Source of the DNA: Octopus vulgaris | Lineage: Eukaryota | DNA: 64,000 nt | Direction: 5' to 3' | Assembly: GCA_951406725.2 (NCBI GenBank) | Contig: OX597821.1 | Span: 98,456,001 to 98,520,000 of the forward strand | Shown: positions 37,910 to 52,069 of the stretch, piece by piece | Numbering within the stretch: the stretch's first letter is position 1 | Layout: every line of letters begins with the position of its first letter | Program-made: the position numbers and the translations under genes | The notes under the pieces: generated by a model | Database searches by the model: none | What the model was told of the DNA's origin: nothing | The model's input: only the letters and a program-made list of their open reading frames with translations

Positions 37910-39537
37910 TATTATATATATATATATATTACATATATATATATTTATGCTGTATACATACACACATACATACACTCACACACACACACACACATATATA
38001 TTTATGATGATGATGATATGTATATGTATATATGTATATGCACACACATATATATATATATATATATATGTGAGCAGCTTCCGCACAGTTTCCATCAACC
38101 AAATTCACTTACAAGTTATTAGTTGGCCCAATTCTGTAGTAGAAGAGTGTTGTCCATATTGCCATGAAGTCAGACTGAGTTGATAATATGTGGCAGTGTG
38201 CACCTCTGTTAGAAATCATTATTTTCAGTTGAAATTTCATCAAGATCAAATTTCCCTTTCATCCTTCTGAAGGCTGAACTCATTTTGTAACTACTTTGTC
38301 CTGCATTCTATATCACAGTGTGGTAGCTTTGGGCAATTGTCTTCAATGGTAGCTTTGGGCCAATCAATGTCTTGTGAAAGTAAATAGCGGTCCTTAGGGT
38401 TAAACAACAACAATAATTGTTTCGTTTTGTTTGATTTCCATCCATTGCTAGGTAATGTATTTAACATGTATATTTATACTCACAGTCCTGCTTATAATTG
38501 AATTCACAAACATTGATTTGTTGGGTTCAAACATCAGTTATCTACTAAACCACAGAGCAGTGCATGCCATCAAAGTGACACTGGGGTAAAATATACAAAG
38601 CCCAGTATACCCATCATGACTACCCATCTGATAAGGGTAGACCTGGCACATGTGTCACAACCATACGGGCGTGACATGGGGATCTCATATCAAGATAAAC
38701 AGCACATGACCTTGCAGGTGGGATCTCAGTTAGAAAACTTCTTCAGGTCGAGTTGCCCATCCCACTGAAAAGGTCCTTGAATAAGAGTTCCTTAAAAATG
38801 TTGAAAACTATGATCTAAAGACCAGTTGCAGTCAGAACACATACAGTTGGACATATCAAATATCACGGCTGATAGACAATAAACAGAGATGAAAAATATT
38901 TTTTGATTCATCGTTTAACAAAATATGAGAAGACAACTCTCACAGCCTGGAAAGTTATTGACTTCTTCAGTACAAAAAGTCAACCATTACATGTGAGTGA
39001 GTATGGCTTTGTAGCATGTACCATGCTTTTGCTTATTATTTTAGGTGTCTATATAGACATGAGCAGACATAGTCATCCTCACAGTATCCTCATCTTTGAC
39101 CCAGAAAAACATACAAGATGTGATAGTTGGAGGAGAAGTGTGCTGCACCAACTGACTGACATTAAAGCCATATAGATTGGAGCAAGTGAAAACAGCATGC
39201 TTTGCTGCAGATATAACATACTGCCTCATGCAGGAATTAAGCTTGTAACCTTATGACCATGCACTAAACACCTTGACCACAAGGCCATACACCTTCACTT
39301 TTCATCAGTAATATAATTGTTAAATAATTAAAATTACTATTTGATGTTCTTCCTGGCTTGGCAATTTCCCATACGTAATATCAAAATCAATAGACTTTCT
39401 CTTTAAGGCCTGTAAATATTTCAGCTCTGATCTGTTACTGACTCTCTCAAGTCAAAGTCATTTCCTTTGCATTTCTACCATTGGAACACCTGAATTGTTT
39501 TCACCAAAATTTGCCACACCCCTTCCTAACAGTCTTG

Positions 39538-39890
39538 GTGAAAGTACATGACTCAGTAGTTGGAGTGTCGGGCTCACAATCATGATGTAGAGAGTTTGAT
39601 TCCTAGACTAGGCTGTGTGTTGTGTTCTTGAGCAAGACATTTTATTTCATGTTGTTCCAGTTCACTCAGCTGTAGAAATGAGTTACATCGACACTGGTGC
39701 CAAGCTGTGTCGGCCCCTTTGCCTTCCCCTTGGATAACATTAGTGGCATGGAGACGAAATGCAGATATACTTGGGTAACTACTAGTCTTCCATAAACAAC
39801 CTTGCCTGGACTTGTGCCTCGGAGGGTAACTTTCTAGGTGCAATCCCATGGTCATTCAATACCAACGGGGGCCTATACCCTTTACCCTTA
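39538..39890 (+). mobile_element. SINE-D (tRNA-derived CORE-like), 14-bp TSD
   Basis: TGTGTTCTTGAGCAAGACA core; TSD TCCTAACAGTCTTG at 39524-39537 and 39891-39904. Confidence 0.85.
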
Positions 39891-41574
39891 TCCTAACAGT
39901 CTTGAGTTTTCAGGCTATGACTAGTTCAGTATAGAATTGAATATTGTTGTAAACTTCCATTCATGTTTCACTGAGCTCGATAATCCTGGTGATGTCCATC
40001 TGCTCCCCAGGGAATGGGTGGCTCTCAAGGTATTCATCTTCATTTAACAGGTTCATTAATCCTAATGAATACCCATGCATCTTTCCTACTATGACAATTG
40101 CTGCACCTTCAAATTAGTTCATGGCTTTCCATCTCCACCCACTGACCAGACCCATTTGAATACTCTTTCCTTCATTACCTACACTGTATATCACCTACTT
40201 GCCCCTCTTTAAAATATCACCACTCCCTGCAACACCTTTTCCCTCTTACATTTCTATGCAGTTCATGCTCAGACCAAGATTCAGCAGTATTACACAAGCA
40301 TTTTTGGAGGGCTTTCAAAGGTGATGGGCACAGTCCCTTTCTGCATATAATACTATAGAAAATTTATTTTGTTAAAAAGGCTTATACTATTAAAATTGTC
40401 CTACAATTAAAATTGATATATATTTTATGATATATTTTTAATCTTGCGCTGTAATTAAACTTGTAATATAATTTAAGTTATATAATTGAAATGGTTAAAT
40501 TTAATAAAAACTTATGTCTTAGACACTGCAGAAGGTTCTTCATATGTTTACTTAACTATTTAGCACAGATTGTACAGAGGCAAATTCTTGTAGCATTAAT
40601 CATGTCTATACTTACATATATTAGACGAAGCTTTTGAAAGTGGAGACGGAGGGGTGAGGGGATTAAATTTTGTATGTGTGTATGTCATGGTGTTGGGAAT
40701 TGAAGTGGTTGTGGTGGGGGTCTTAAATAAATTTTGTTTCCATAATAATATCCAGAACTGCCTTCTACAACTGAGAAAATATGAAAGCAGGCTGTCAGAA
40801 TAAGATTAACCATTTGGATAGCTTTCAGAACCTACATGCCTGAAACCACCCACATACAGTTTTATTGTTTATATTACTCGTTCCAGCAGTGGAGTTGTAG
40901 TCATGTTTGAGTGCTGCTACTCATATCGAAGTGTTCATATTTAAATTGAAACACTAACTGGAATCAGTCAATAAAATAAATTCCAGTCAAGCACTGGATT
41001 TCATTGACTTGACTTTGACACCCTCTATACCTAAATTTATGGCCTTGTGCTTATTTTAAGAATCCTTCTTTACAAGATAGCTGTTTCCATTCAAGACTGC
41101 ATCAAGTAAATCCCTTTATTTAAACACTGTCCCTTCGTGTTGCAAACAAAAAGAGGCTAAATAACTCTGAATGAACAGTAATGCTTGTCCCTTAAGGAGC
41201 TGGTCTCGTCAATTTGTTCTTATTCACTTTTACCTAATTTTTGTAGGGCAATCTTTGCTATGTAAAGCTCAGTCACATGGATAGAGCATTTAACTAGGCA
41301 GGTTTCATGCAATTAGTACATTATTTAGGGAGATAAAATGCATTTTACTGGACATTATTTGAGAGTTAAGCAAGTATATCATCAAAATGGTATACTTGTA
41401 TAGACACTGGTCAGCTGTCCTGCCAAAACTTTCATCAAACAATTCGGTATAGAGATAGCATGTCTCCCTGCTGAGTGCCTGAATGTCATGCAGTATTGTA
41501 ATAGATGGAAAAACTGTATCAGATAAACCTGAGCAAGCTCAACCAATTGACAATGATGTGTGTGTGTGTGTATG

Positions 41575-41775
41575 CATGCCGGTGACACGTAAAAAGCACC
41601 CACTACACTCGCGGAGTGGTTGGCGTTAGGAAGGGCATCCAGCTGTAGAAACACTGCCAGATCAGACTGGAGCCTGGTGCAGCCCCTGACTTCCCAGACC
41701 CCGGTCGAACCGTCCAACCCGTGCTAGCGCGGAAAACGGACGTTAAACGATGATGATGATGATGATGATGATGAT
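41575..41775 (+). mobile_element. RTE 3' UTR fragment
   Basis: Matches 6420-6610; (GAT)n tail. Confidence 0.88.
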
Positions 41776-42098
41776 ATATATATATTTGTTTTTTTTTATG
41801 TGCATATATATATGGATTAATAAAAGACCAAAGGTCCTTCCTGGATTCTGTAGCATGAATATTCTCCTCTTGATGGAATGCCAGTTCATTACAAGATTAC
41901 TCATTTTTACCAGCTGAGTGGACTGGAGTAACATGAAATGAAGTGTTTTGCTCAAGAACACATTACATTGCCTGGTCCAAGAATTGAAACTACAATCTTA
42001 TTATCATGAGTGCAATATCTTAACCACTAAGCCACACATCTCCACATATATGTGGATTAACTGCTTGTTTCACTGGGATTGATCAAATGATGTAGATA

Positions 42099-42139
42099 CT
42101 TCTGATGAGACATCAATAAAGGTTGAAAATTGATTAAAG
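42099..42139 (+). ncRNA. Degenerate minimal hammerhead motif
   Basis: CTT-CTGATGA-GAC..GTT-GAAA ATTGAT TA-AAG; near-palindromic stem III. Confidence 0.45.
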
Positions 42140-42241
42140 CTAATCAACATTTTTATCAATCTTTGGAGAAATAGGTAAATTTGACTTCCCTGTATGTCTT
42201 CTATGTAGGTTTACATAGTCATTTATATATCATAATAGTCA

Positions 42242-42289
<48 letters not shown>

Positions 42290-42299
42290 GTTAATAACA

Positions 42300-42830
42300 C
42301 CTAGAAGGAGGTGCTTTTTCTGATCACAAAAGCAAATGAAGCTTTGGCCAGGATGAACTGATATCTTTAGATGGTACCCAATGTTCATCAGGTGTTTTCG
42401 CCTTGAACTGTAACATTTTCTCATGGGTTGGTCAGCGGAGGTGACCAAATCACTGCTCCTCATCTCCTCCTGGCCTCCAGATTAACTCTTCTCTCTTGCT
42501 CTATAACCAACAAGAGTTGCTTCTCCCATCCTGTGGACAGTCATCCTTCATTCTTTTTCTCTCATTCCTATAGCTGTAAGCATCCTCCATGCTAACTGGG
42601 TAGACAACCCCTTACAGCCAACCTTGACTGGGAAAAGCCATAACTGCTATCCCTTCTCCCTTCAATCCTGTAGAAAGCTCTCATACTTGGCACACTTCAA
42701 TTCATGAGCCTGATCATACCCTTTTCCCCATGGTACTGTTAACTCAATCAAGATAATTTTCTTTGTTTTTTTCAGACCACAGAACCACATCTGGCCTCAG
42801 GGTTGCATGGATGACCTGGGGAATCTGCTG
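42300..42830 (-). mobile_element. HERO/R2-group RLE LINE 3' end
   Basis: LRPDVVLWS..LIELTVPWEKG..AHELKCAKYE..VGCKG. Confidence 0.8.
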
Positions 42831-42913
42831 AAAAAAACATTAGCTGAATATAGATTGGTAATAAGAAAGAGAGATGACAAAGGAATAAATCATTATTTCA
42901 CAAACTTCATATG

Positions 42914-43339
42914 GGCGCAGGAGTGGCTGTGTGGTAAGTAGCTTGCTAACCAACCACATGGTTCTGGGTTCAGTCCCACTGCGTGGTACCTTGGGCAAAT
43001 GTCTTCTACTATAGCACCGGGCCGACCAATGCCTTGTGAGTGGATTTGGTAGACGGAAACTGTAAGAAGCCTGTCGTATATATGTATATATATATATATA
43101 TATATATGTGTGTATGTGTGTGTGTTTGTGTGTCTGTGTTTGTCCCCCTAGCATTGCTTGACAACCGATGCTGGTGTGTTTACGTCCCCGTCACTTAGCG
43201 GCTCGGCAAAAGAGACCGATGGAATAAGTACTGGGCTTACAAAGAATAAGTCCTGGGGTCGATTTTCTCGACTAAAGGCGGTGCTCCAGCATGGCCGCAG
43301 TCAAATGACTGAAACAAGTAAAAGAGTAAAGAGAGAGAG
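42914..43339 (+). mobile_element. SINE-A full length
   Basis: CpG-rich, apparently young copy. Confidence 0.93.
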
Positions 43340-43379
43340 CCCACTGCTGTTTCTGCCATAAGATGCAGTGGACTCAGCT

Positions 43380-44740
43380 GAGTGCCTGGTTAATGCCTTA
43401 TAGCTTCATCAGAGCCTCAAGTAAACAAGCAATTGGATGACAGTTACTGGCCATAGCACCCTTGGTTGGGTCCTTCTGTATCAATACAGTTCTTCTTTGA
43501 CCATCTGTTCTGATACAATTTCTTGGTGTACACAGCCTTCCAGGAGCTTTTGTAGTTTAGGATGTAAATTTGTCAAAACATTGAACCAAAAACCCTGAAC
43601 TAGGTCCAGGCCAGCTACCTTCTAATTTTTTATCTTATCAACTCCAGCTTGTATATCTTCCAGCATGATGGTAATGCCTCCTTGAATTCTTTCACTATTG
43701 TTTTGTTTGACATCCTCTAACCAGATCTTGCTCCAAACTTTACTTCTTCCTCATCTCATCCATTAAACAGTTGATTTTGTTTGAACTGTAGGCATCTTTC
43801 CTCATATCTTTTGATCTTAACTCCATTCTGATCTTTTCTTTTAACATATCCAATAAAATCAAAGTAACCTTCCTATCCACAAGGTGGTATTTCTTATTCA
43901 AGTAGTTCTGTTGTCTTTCATTGAGTCTCGTATTTCTTCTCTTTACTTCTTTGACCATACTTAAAATCCTTCTGCTATGTATTGATGATTTCTTTTATTC
44001 TCCTTTTCCAGAATGGTTCTTTGTTTCTCTAATCTTTCTTTTCTCTAAACATGCCCCTCTTCTCTGTGATGACATAAACAATGGCATACATCAAGGAATT
44101 TAACTCAGTGATGTCCTAAATTGGAATTCTCGTGATAACTTCATTCACTTTTCTGAGTTTTGATCTTAGCTTTGCCCTTTCAAATAGCTTCAGTGATGGT
44201 AATCTTTTGCTTTCCCCAAGGAACATAACTTCCAGAATTCTGTCACAAAAGTAGCTAGTTCTGAGATACAACATTCAAACAATTTGTCCTCTTTTGTCCA
44301 TTTTAATCTCCTTTACTGTTGTGGGCCAGCAGCAACTTGATTATAACTGGACTTGTGCAGGTGTTCTACAGGTCACCTGCTGGACATTATACTTTTGCTA
44401 AAAGCTCCAGCCTCATGGACATTTCTTTCATGAATGAGGTGTATGTTTTAAGGTTACCACCAACCAGTAGCTATATCATGTTACCATCATAAGACAGATT
44501 GCCAGCCAAGATTACCAAAAGGCCTGTCTGCCCTCATTGAAGCTGATTATCTGTACTGGTCACTACTTCCACTATTTATTCTTGCAGCAAATAGCTCGAT
44601 GGCTGTTGACACTAGTGAATTCAACCACCTATTAAAAAAATAGGTTTTGTGTTTCATCTTGCAGGGTGTTCCAACAAAACCACCCTTCTTACCAGACAAG
44701 TGTTTGTTAGGGTTGCCAGTTTAGTAACCAATACTTACCC
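43380..44740 (-). mobile_element. R4/Dong-like LINE 5' portion (degenerate)
   Basis: GLDLVQGFWF..RTVLIQKD..NCHPIACL (RT start), YLNKKY N-terminal region and a putative 5' UTR. Confidence 0.7.
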
Positions 44741-45836
44741 TTATCATCATCATCATCATTATGTTATGTTTTGGTTTTGCTTTAATTCATACGAGTTGCA
44801 CCAAAGTCTCAACCAGAGACATCAAAGAACAACAAAGTTTTGCATCCAAAGATGGTAACAGGTGAGGTGTCATATAATTGAAAACATTGTTGTTTGTGGT
44901 AGAAAAAAAAAACAGTGAATAATGTTGCATTTACATTGAGAGGAATTTACATAGAATATACCTATAAGTGTGATCCGTAATTCACTTATTTTGGAGCTGC
45001 TAGGGATTTGATCTACATACTTGTTTGCTCCTCTTGATACCATTCCAAGTGCTTCCCATAATAATAGGTTTTTATATTTGCTCAGATTTTCAAACATTTT
45101 CAGAGATGTGCTTTTGTCTGCTGGGGCTGCAACATCAATCAGAAGACAAGTCTTTTCAATATGATTCTTCACAATGAGGTCAGGTTGATTTGCTTGTATT
45201 TTCCGATCAGTCTGAACACTGAAATTCCAAAAGAATTGTCACTTTGGCATTCTGGACTACTTGTAGTGGCTTGCATTCCCACCAATTCCTTTTGTGAGGA
45301 AGGTTGTATGACTATATTGACCAGTTTATGTATTGATCTGCCTTGTCATGCCATTGCAAGTGTTCTGCTGGTGCATCCAGAGATTATGTGATCGATTGTC
45401 ACTGGCTGCTCTCCACATATGCAACATGATAAGCTGCTTTCATGTTTCAGGACATTACTCTGATAATTCCTAGTTGAAAGAGAATGGTCCTAAGTAGCAA
45501 TGATGTACCTATCAGTTTCTCGTTTGAGTCCAGAGTATGACAGTCACTGATGAATAAGGGCTTGATCTACATCAGGGTCCCTGGTTCTGTTAAGGTATTT
45601 GCCATATAGTGGCCTTTGCTCCCATTTCTCCTTAATGTATGACGGGCTGGTTTGTTTGGCTACAGTTTTTATTTGTTTTGCCTTGTCTGTTGGGGACACA
45701 TTTTCTTCAAGTACTGGTTTGTCTAGTTGCATTTCTTGGGCATATATTTTCATGTTTTTCATCACCAAGTGCAACTTCTGGGTACCTTCATATTTCAGAA
45801 CCAGCTTTATAATATTGAAGCTGTATGAGGCATCAA

Positions 45837-46230
45837 GAGTTACACAAATGCTAGAATTGGGCGCCACTGCATAGTGCCAAGGACTCCAAATTTGCCATCA
45901 AGATGTAGGACAAGATACTGTGATAGCCTGGGCTTCAGAGGCCCACAGCTCTTCAATATCCTCCCGAAGAACCTGAGAGACCTGCATGGGGTGGATGCAG
46001 ATGTCTTTAAAATAAAACTGGATCTCTTCCTGTCAGGTGTCCCAGATGAACCAATTTCACAGCAGGAGGTGCAGATGAGGACAGCTGCATCGAACTCTCT
46101 CATGCACCAAATGGCAATTGCTAAAAAGCATTCATGAAGTAAAATCATGTAGCAACACCAAATGGCGGTGCCCCAGCATCGCCACAGCTCGTGAGCTGAA
46201 ACTAGATAAAATAAAATAAAATAAATAAAA
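45837..46230 (+). mobile_element. CR1/L2-group LINE 3' end
   Basis: SLGFRGPQLFNILP..FKIKLDLFL..PDEP..SNSL; short 3' UTR with two hairpins and (TAAAA)n. Confidence 0.75.
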
Positions 46231-46241
46231 AATAGTCAATA

Positions 46242-46410
46242 GGCAGGAGTGGCTGTGTGGTAAGTAGCTTTCTAACCAACCACATGGTTCCGGGTTCAGT
46301 CCCACTGCGTGGCATCTTGGGCAAGTGTCTTCTTCTATAGCTCCGAGCTGACCAATGCCTTGTGAGTGGATTTGGTAGACGGAAACTGAAAGAAGCCTGT
46401 CGTATATATG

Positions 46411-46441
<31 letters not shown>

Positions 46442-46645
46442 TTGTGTGTCTGTGTTTGTCCCCCTAGCATTGCTTGACAACCGATGCTGGTGTGTTTACG
46501 TCCCTGTCACTTAGCGGTTCGGCAAAAGAGACCGATAGAATAAGTACTGGGCTTACAAAGAATAAGTCCTGGGGTCGATTTGCTCGACTAAAGGTGGTGC
46601 TCCAGCTTGGCCACAGTCAAATGACTGAAACAAGTAAAAGAGTAA
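46242..46645 (+). mobile_element. SINE-A with TSD
   Basis: TSD AAAATAGTCAAT at 46229-46240 and 46644-46655. Confidence 0.92.
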
Positions 46646-47774
46646 AATAGTCAATGTATTAATGACCTCGATTTTGTTTCTAGCATTCAGCCCAGTTTTT
46701 AGAATGGTTCTTACTCTTCAGTAGCACTCCTTCTTTAGCTTTTCTCTCATCACTGAGTGTTTAATTCCATTTCCTTCACATACTCCGAGATACTTATAAC
46801 TGCCCTGAGATTACAACTGCCTGTCTCTATCTAGTCGTGATGCTGCATGAGTTTGATAGTTTTTTCTTTGGTAAATGTAGCTTTAGTGCATTTGTGAAGC
46901 TCATATTTCACTTTGATGCTATCATTAAATTCTTTGACTGTGATTCAGAGTACTCGCAGTTGTTGGTCATTGTTTGTGAACAGTTATCCATATTAGGTGA
47001 CTTCCATTTACTGGACTTTTTCAATGTGAGTCTGACATCTTCTACACTTATCTCTTTCCATATTTGCTCTTCTATAAACCCAGTGTCTTCTTTCTGTCTA
47101 TTTATCCATGGGGCAACACAGTTGTACTCCTTTTAATCTTCCCAAATTTTCCTCTGAAACTCTAGTATTTCGAGCTCTGAAGGGACTTCTTATTTTGATG
47201 ATGCTCTTTACAATATACCAATAGAATTTTTTTTGGTTCATTTTTAAATATACAGTTATCTTTGAAGAACTGGGATCAGTTTTTGAAGCGGTGTATATGC
47301 ACAGCTTTGGTCTGCATGTTTTCTTTTAGCTATTCCACTAACTTCAGCAAATTGGTGTTCTGATTTTTATTCATACTTTCTCATTATCTTTCTCATCTTA
47401 GATGGTTTATATTATGATTCTTGCTTAAGTTTTTCAATATTTCTATATCAGATTGGAGAGCATCGATTTATTTCTTGATTTTGTTTTGCCACGTTGATCT
47501 TTTTATAAGGATTTGTCACTCTCTGTTCACTATTATACAGCATTCTTCTTCTTCTTCTTCTTCTTCTTCTAATTATTATTGTTGCTGTTGTTGTTGTTGT
47601 TGTTGTTGTTGTTGTCTCCATACTCTTTATGATAACTTCATACTTTAAAGCTGCTCAAAGCTGACAGGAGCTATGGTTATTCAAAGAGAACTGGCCATCT
47701 ATTAGCAATATCCAACTGTAGAAATATTTGCCCCATCAATTTATATACTAGTATTAAAATGCAAGCATCTTAAT

Positions 47775-48075
47775 ATGAGTATGGTTCTAGGTTGTCTCAC
47801 TGTGTGACCCATTGGGCAAGTGTCTTCTTCTATAGTACATGACCAATCAAAGTCTTGTGAAAGGATTTGGTGGATGGAAACTGAAAGAAGCCCATCATAT
47901 GTATATGTATGTGTGTATGTTTGTGTCTTCTTGTCTTGACATTACATGATTGTTGTAAATGAGTGTCACTGTCATAGAAGCAGTGTCATTCATTTCCAAT
48001 ATTCTGAAAAAGTATGTCTAGTCATGGAGAAATATTTGCCTTGTTTGGAAACAGGTAAGGGTTTGCAACAGGAAG
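47775..48075 (+). mobile_element. SINE-A head with alternative RTE-type tail
   Basis: Head followed by ..TTGGAAACAGGTAAGGGTTTGCAACAGGAAG; the same tail occurs at 7140-7345. Confidence 0.65.
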
Positions 48076-48409
48076 ATCAGAAATTCAACAAAAAATAAGC
48101 ATATCTAGGTCAAATGAAAGAGAATCTTAGAAAAATGACACATGATATGAAATGAATGAAATTTGACTAAATCTAAAAACTCAACATAATATCTTCTCAA
48201 TAGCTTGTTTATGATCTGCAGGAGTGTCTCTCTTCCTGATATATTCATGTACCATTCTGTTAAAGAGAGGAAAGCATTGAAATTAGTTGTTATTCATTTT
48301 GTCCTATTTAAGACATCATTTGCTTTTTTGAAAATTGAAAATTATCAAATTGTGCAACCAGTTATGATTTCTTGCCAGCAAGTGGACTGTTTTGATGCAT
48401 AACTGGATG

Positions 48410-49260
48410 CCTCCAAAGTGGCTGGTGATCATTCCTTAGATGTGTGGAGAGATATGGTATATGAGGGTATTCTCAGTCATGTATTTTGGTCAATACTGAA
48501 AAAAGATTTTCCTCTCAACATTTAGGAGTGAGATAGTTCTGAATTGATTAAGGGCTAAGAAATTTTCTTCCTTTGATAGAAAACATCCTTCTGCCTTCTT
48601 CCAGCATGATGGAATGATCCCCTTTGTCCAATTTTTCAGAGCAGTGTCCACAGTCTCTGAAGGAGCAATGGGCATTTCTTGTATACTTTATAAAGTATAC
48701 CTCTTGGGCCAGGAGCTGACTCTGATCTGGCCTTCTTCACCAACTCCTTCACTTCTTTCCAGGATGGACAGTTGATGTTAAGCTTGCTTCCTGGTAAGTC
48801 AGATCCACTGACATTTGGGTTGACACTGAGAGTTTGGTTTTTGAGGTTGTCATAGTGGGTCTCCCTCAAAAACGCTTCTACATCTTCTCTGGGGCTGGTT
48901 GATCTTGATTTGGTGTTGCCGAACAGTCTTCAGGTGAACCTAAATCGGTTCTTGATAAACTGCACTCGTTTGGTCTCCCTCTCTTTCCTCCACTTCCAGT
49001 TGCTTTCCATCCTTCTAAGTTTGCTCAGATGTTCTTGGAGCTGACTTGTCAAGTCCTTTTCATCATTAGGAACTCTCTTAAACTACTTTTTGAGGGCACT
49101 GATTTCTCTCCTCAGGAGATGTATCTCTCTTTCTCTTCTGCTCTGCCCTTCCTTAATTTTCATGGTAACATATCACTCTTCTGTTCCAAATCAAATTTTT
49201 ATCGATTGAATGTTATAGTTACAAGGGTATTCCCTTTTTGCTGAGCAGTACCTACTAGCA
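48410..49260 (-). mobile_element. HERO/R2-group LINE RT N-terminal fragment
   Basis: PSWKEVKELVKKARSESAPGP.GILYKVYKKCP..QFRTISLLNVE.KIFF. Confidence 0.85.
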
Positions 49261-50139
49261 GGTATTCTAATATTATTACTATCATCATCATCCTCATCCC
49301 CATCATCATCATCTTCATCATCATCATCAGCATCATTATCATTTTATTATTATCATTGTTATTATTAAAGAGGCGAGCTGGCAGACTTATTAGAAAACCA
49401 AGCAAAATGTTTAGCAGTATTTTGTCTATCATTGCGGTCTGAGTTCAAATTCTATAAAGGTGAACTTGCCTTTCATCTTTTTGGGGTCAATAAAATAATT
49501 ACCAGTTGAGCACTGGGGTTGATGAAATTGAATTATTCCTCTCCCAAAATAGCTGACCTCATGCCAAAATTTGAACTCATCATCATTATTATTATTATTG
49601 AATGAGAGAGAAGTGCACGCCATCAAAGTGACTCTGGAGTAAAATATATGAAGCCCAGTATACCCATCAGGACTACCCATCTGATAAAGGTAGACCAGCC
49701 ACATGTATCATAACCATATGTGCACAACATGGTGATCTCATATCAAGATAAACAGTGTATAACCTTACAGGTGAGGGCTAATTAGAATTTTTGTCAGGTC
49801 GAGTAGCCCATCCCACTTAAAATGTCCCTGAATAAGGGTTAGTTAAGGATGTTGAACGAAACACTCATGTTTCCAAAGGTGAATTATCCAAACCCCAAAG
49901 AATTCCTTTCAACACAAGGCTGTGATGTTCCCCCACTACTTCTGCTCATGATCAGAGATGCACATATCATCAACCACCAAGGGACATGCTCAGCTGGTTA
50001 AGATCAAACAACTGACAAGCAAATCTGTAGTATTGAGCAGAATATTTGTTGTAGCCTATCTTTTTTACCAAGACAAAACAATTTATATGATAACACTTCT
50101 GATCAGTTAAGTTCAGAAGTCATTAGAGCCACTATAATT

Positions 50140-51935
50140 CTTGTTCTCTATCACAGTCTTTTGTTTGTGTTCATACCACTATCCTGTTATTTTGAACACA
50201 CACACCATGCTAACATCCCTGTGCACTCTTTTACATTCACAGTCATGTCTGTGCTTATATTCTTTCTGTGCTACCTTACTACATTCACTTAAGAGATGAT
50301 TGATGTTTTCATCTTCTTTTCAGCAGATTCTATATTTGCTGTCTGACTGAGTTTTGTTGACCTTTAACTTTATCAGATTCATCCAAATGACTTGTTCCTT
50401 AGCAGCTATAATCAGTACTTTGGTCTCTCATTTCAAATTTCTGTCTGTCAACTGTAGCCAGGTTCTTTACTTTCAACATCTTCAGTTTGTTGCCTGAATT
50501 GGCCATGTAATTCCATTTCTTCTCATTTGCCTGTTCTGTTGTTCATCCTTTTCTCTGAATTCTCCTACTGTTTTAGTTACCTTTTGGGTATCTCTGGTTA
50601 CTGATAGCATTCTTTTTTTTTATTCTGCATGATATAATTTTTCAACCCTCCACACCACAGTACTAATAGTGTCTTTTGTTTAGTTATCCTCTGCCTCCTT
50701 CCTTTCTTGGTAAGTAGAGTCTATTGGTATAACTTTTAGGGTGATGTGCATTAGAAACAACTTTCTAGTTCTTTTCTTCTTTGTCCATTTCAAAAACGAA
50801 GCAATGTCTCATTAAAAGCATAGTTATTGCTTTAATAATATCCTCTCCATTTAATTTTGTTTCAAGCGCCCTCCTAATTCTCTTCATGTACTCTTTAGAG
50901 ATTTTCTTTCTCAGTTTTCATTCAATTATCCCAGCATCTTGCAGTACTTCTAGATAATTATATTTCTTTAGGTGGCGAGCTGGCAAAAACGTTAGCACGC
51001 CAGGCGAAATGCGTAGCCGTATTTCGTCTGCCGTTATGTTCTGAGTTCAAATTCCGCCGAGGTCGACTTTGCCTTTCATCCTTTTGGGGTTGATTAAATA
51101 AGTACCAGTTACACACTGGGGTCGATATAATCGACTTAATCTGTTTGTCTGTCTTGTTTGTCCTCTCTGTGTTTAGCCCCTACCAGTTACACACTGGGGT
51201 CGATATAATCGACTTAATCTGTTTGTCTGTCTTGTTTGTCCTCTCTGTGTTTAGCCCCTTGTGGGTAGTAAAGAAATAGATATTTATATTTCTCATAATT
51301 CCTCAGTGATCTAATGATGTCTTGTAGTAATTTTATGCCTTTCTTTTATAATTAGCATTATGCACTCATATACCCCAAACTGCATTCCAATATCCTTGCT
51401 GAATACTCTTACTGTTTGGACCAGAGAAACCAGGTCTTTTCCCCTTTTTTTGTAAACAGTTTGATGTCATCCATGTCCAGCAAGTGATTTATCCTCATCT
51501 TGGTTTTGTTAAACTTATAGGCAGGCCTAGATTTTCTCTGTATACTTGTCAAAGAGATTAACACAATGACAAGTAGCGGAGAGAAAATCCTTGGAAAATA
51601 CCCTTCTGTATTTTCATGTCTTCTAACGATTCATTTGTATTTGTCAATTCTACTTTCCATGCTGTCATTGCTTTTTCCAAAAAGCTATTTATCTTCTTAT
51701 TGACTGTGAGTGTATTTAGGCATTCAAAGAGCTACGTAGTTGTAAGCCTTTCTGTAATCTATCCAGAAAACAGCTAAATTCTTCTTCCTTACTCATGCCT
51801 CATTTATCATCCTACTATCAATATACAGAAGGTCAGTAGTTGTCCTTGGCTGCTTTCTGTGTCATTTTTTTTTTTTGCTCCTCTGACCATTAATTTTCCT
51901 TTTCCAGAAAGTTATATATTTCATCAGCTATGAGT
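50140..51935 (-). mobile_element. Old R4/Dong-like LINE (RT region) with SINE-B insertion at 50970-51280
   Basis: GIFQG, INHLLDMDDIKLF and GMQFG remnants; SINE flanked by TAGATA(A/T)TTATATTTCT. Confidence 0.75.
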
Positions 51936-52028
51936 GGAGTTAATTATCATTATTATTATTATCATTGTTGTTATTATTATTATTATTATTATTGTTATTA
52001 TTGTTATTATTATTGTTGTTGTTGTTAT

Positions 52029-52059
<31 letters not shown>

Positions 52060-52069
52060 TTTTTTTCTT

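Larger units (their letters stand above)
44760..47550 (-). mobile_element. R4/Dong-like LINE, internally deleted and interrupted
   Basis: CLLIDVAAP..KYKNL (RLE), KWEQRPLYGKY and YKYLGV motifs; interrupted at 45837-46645. Confidence 0.8.
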
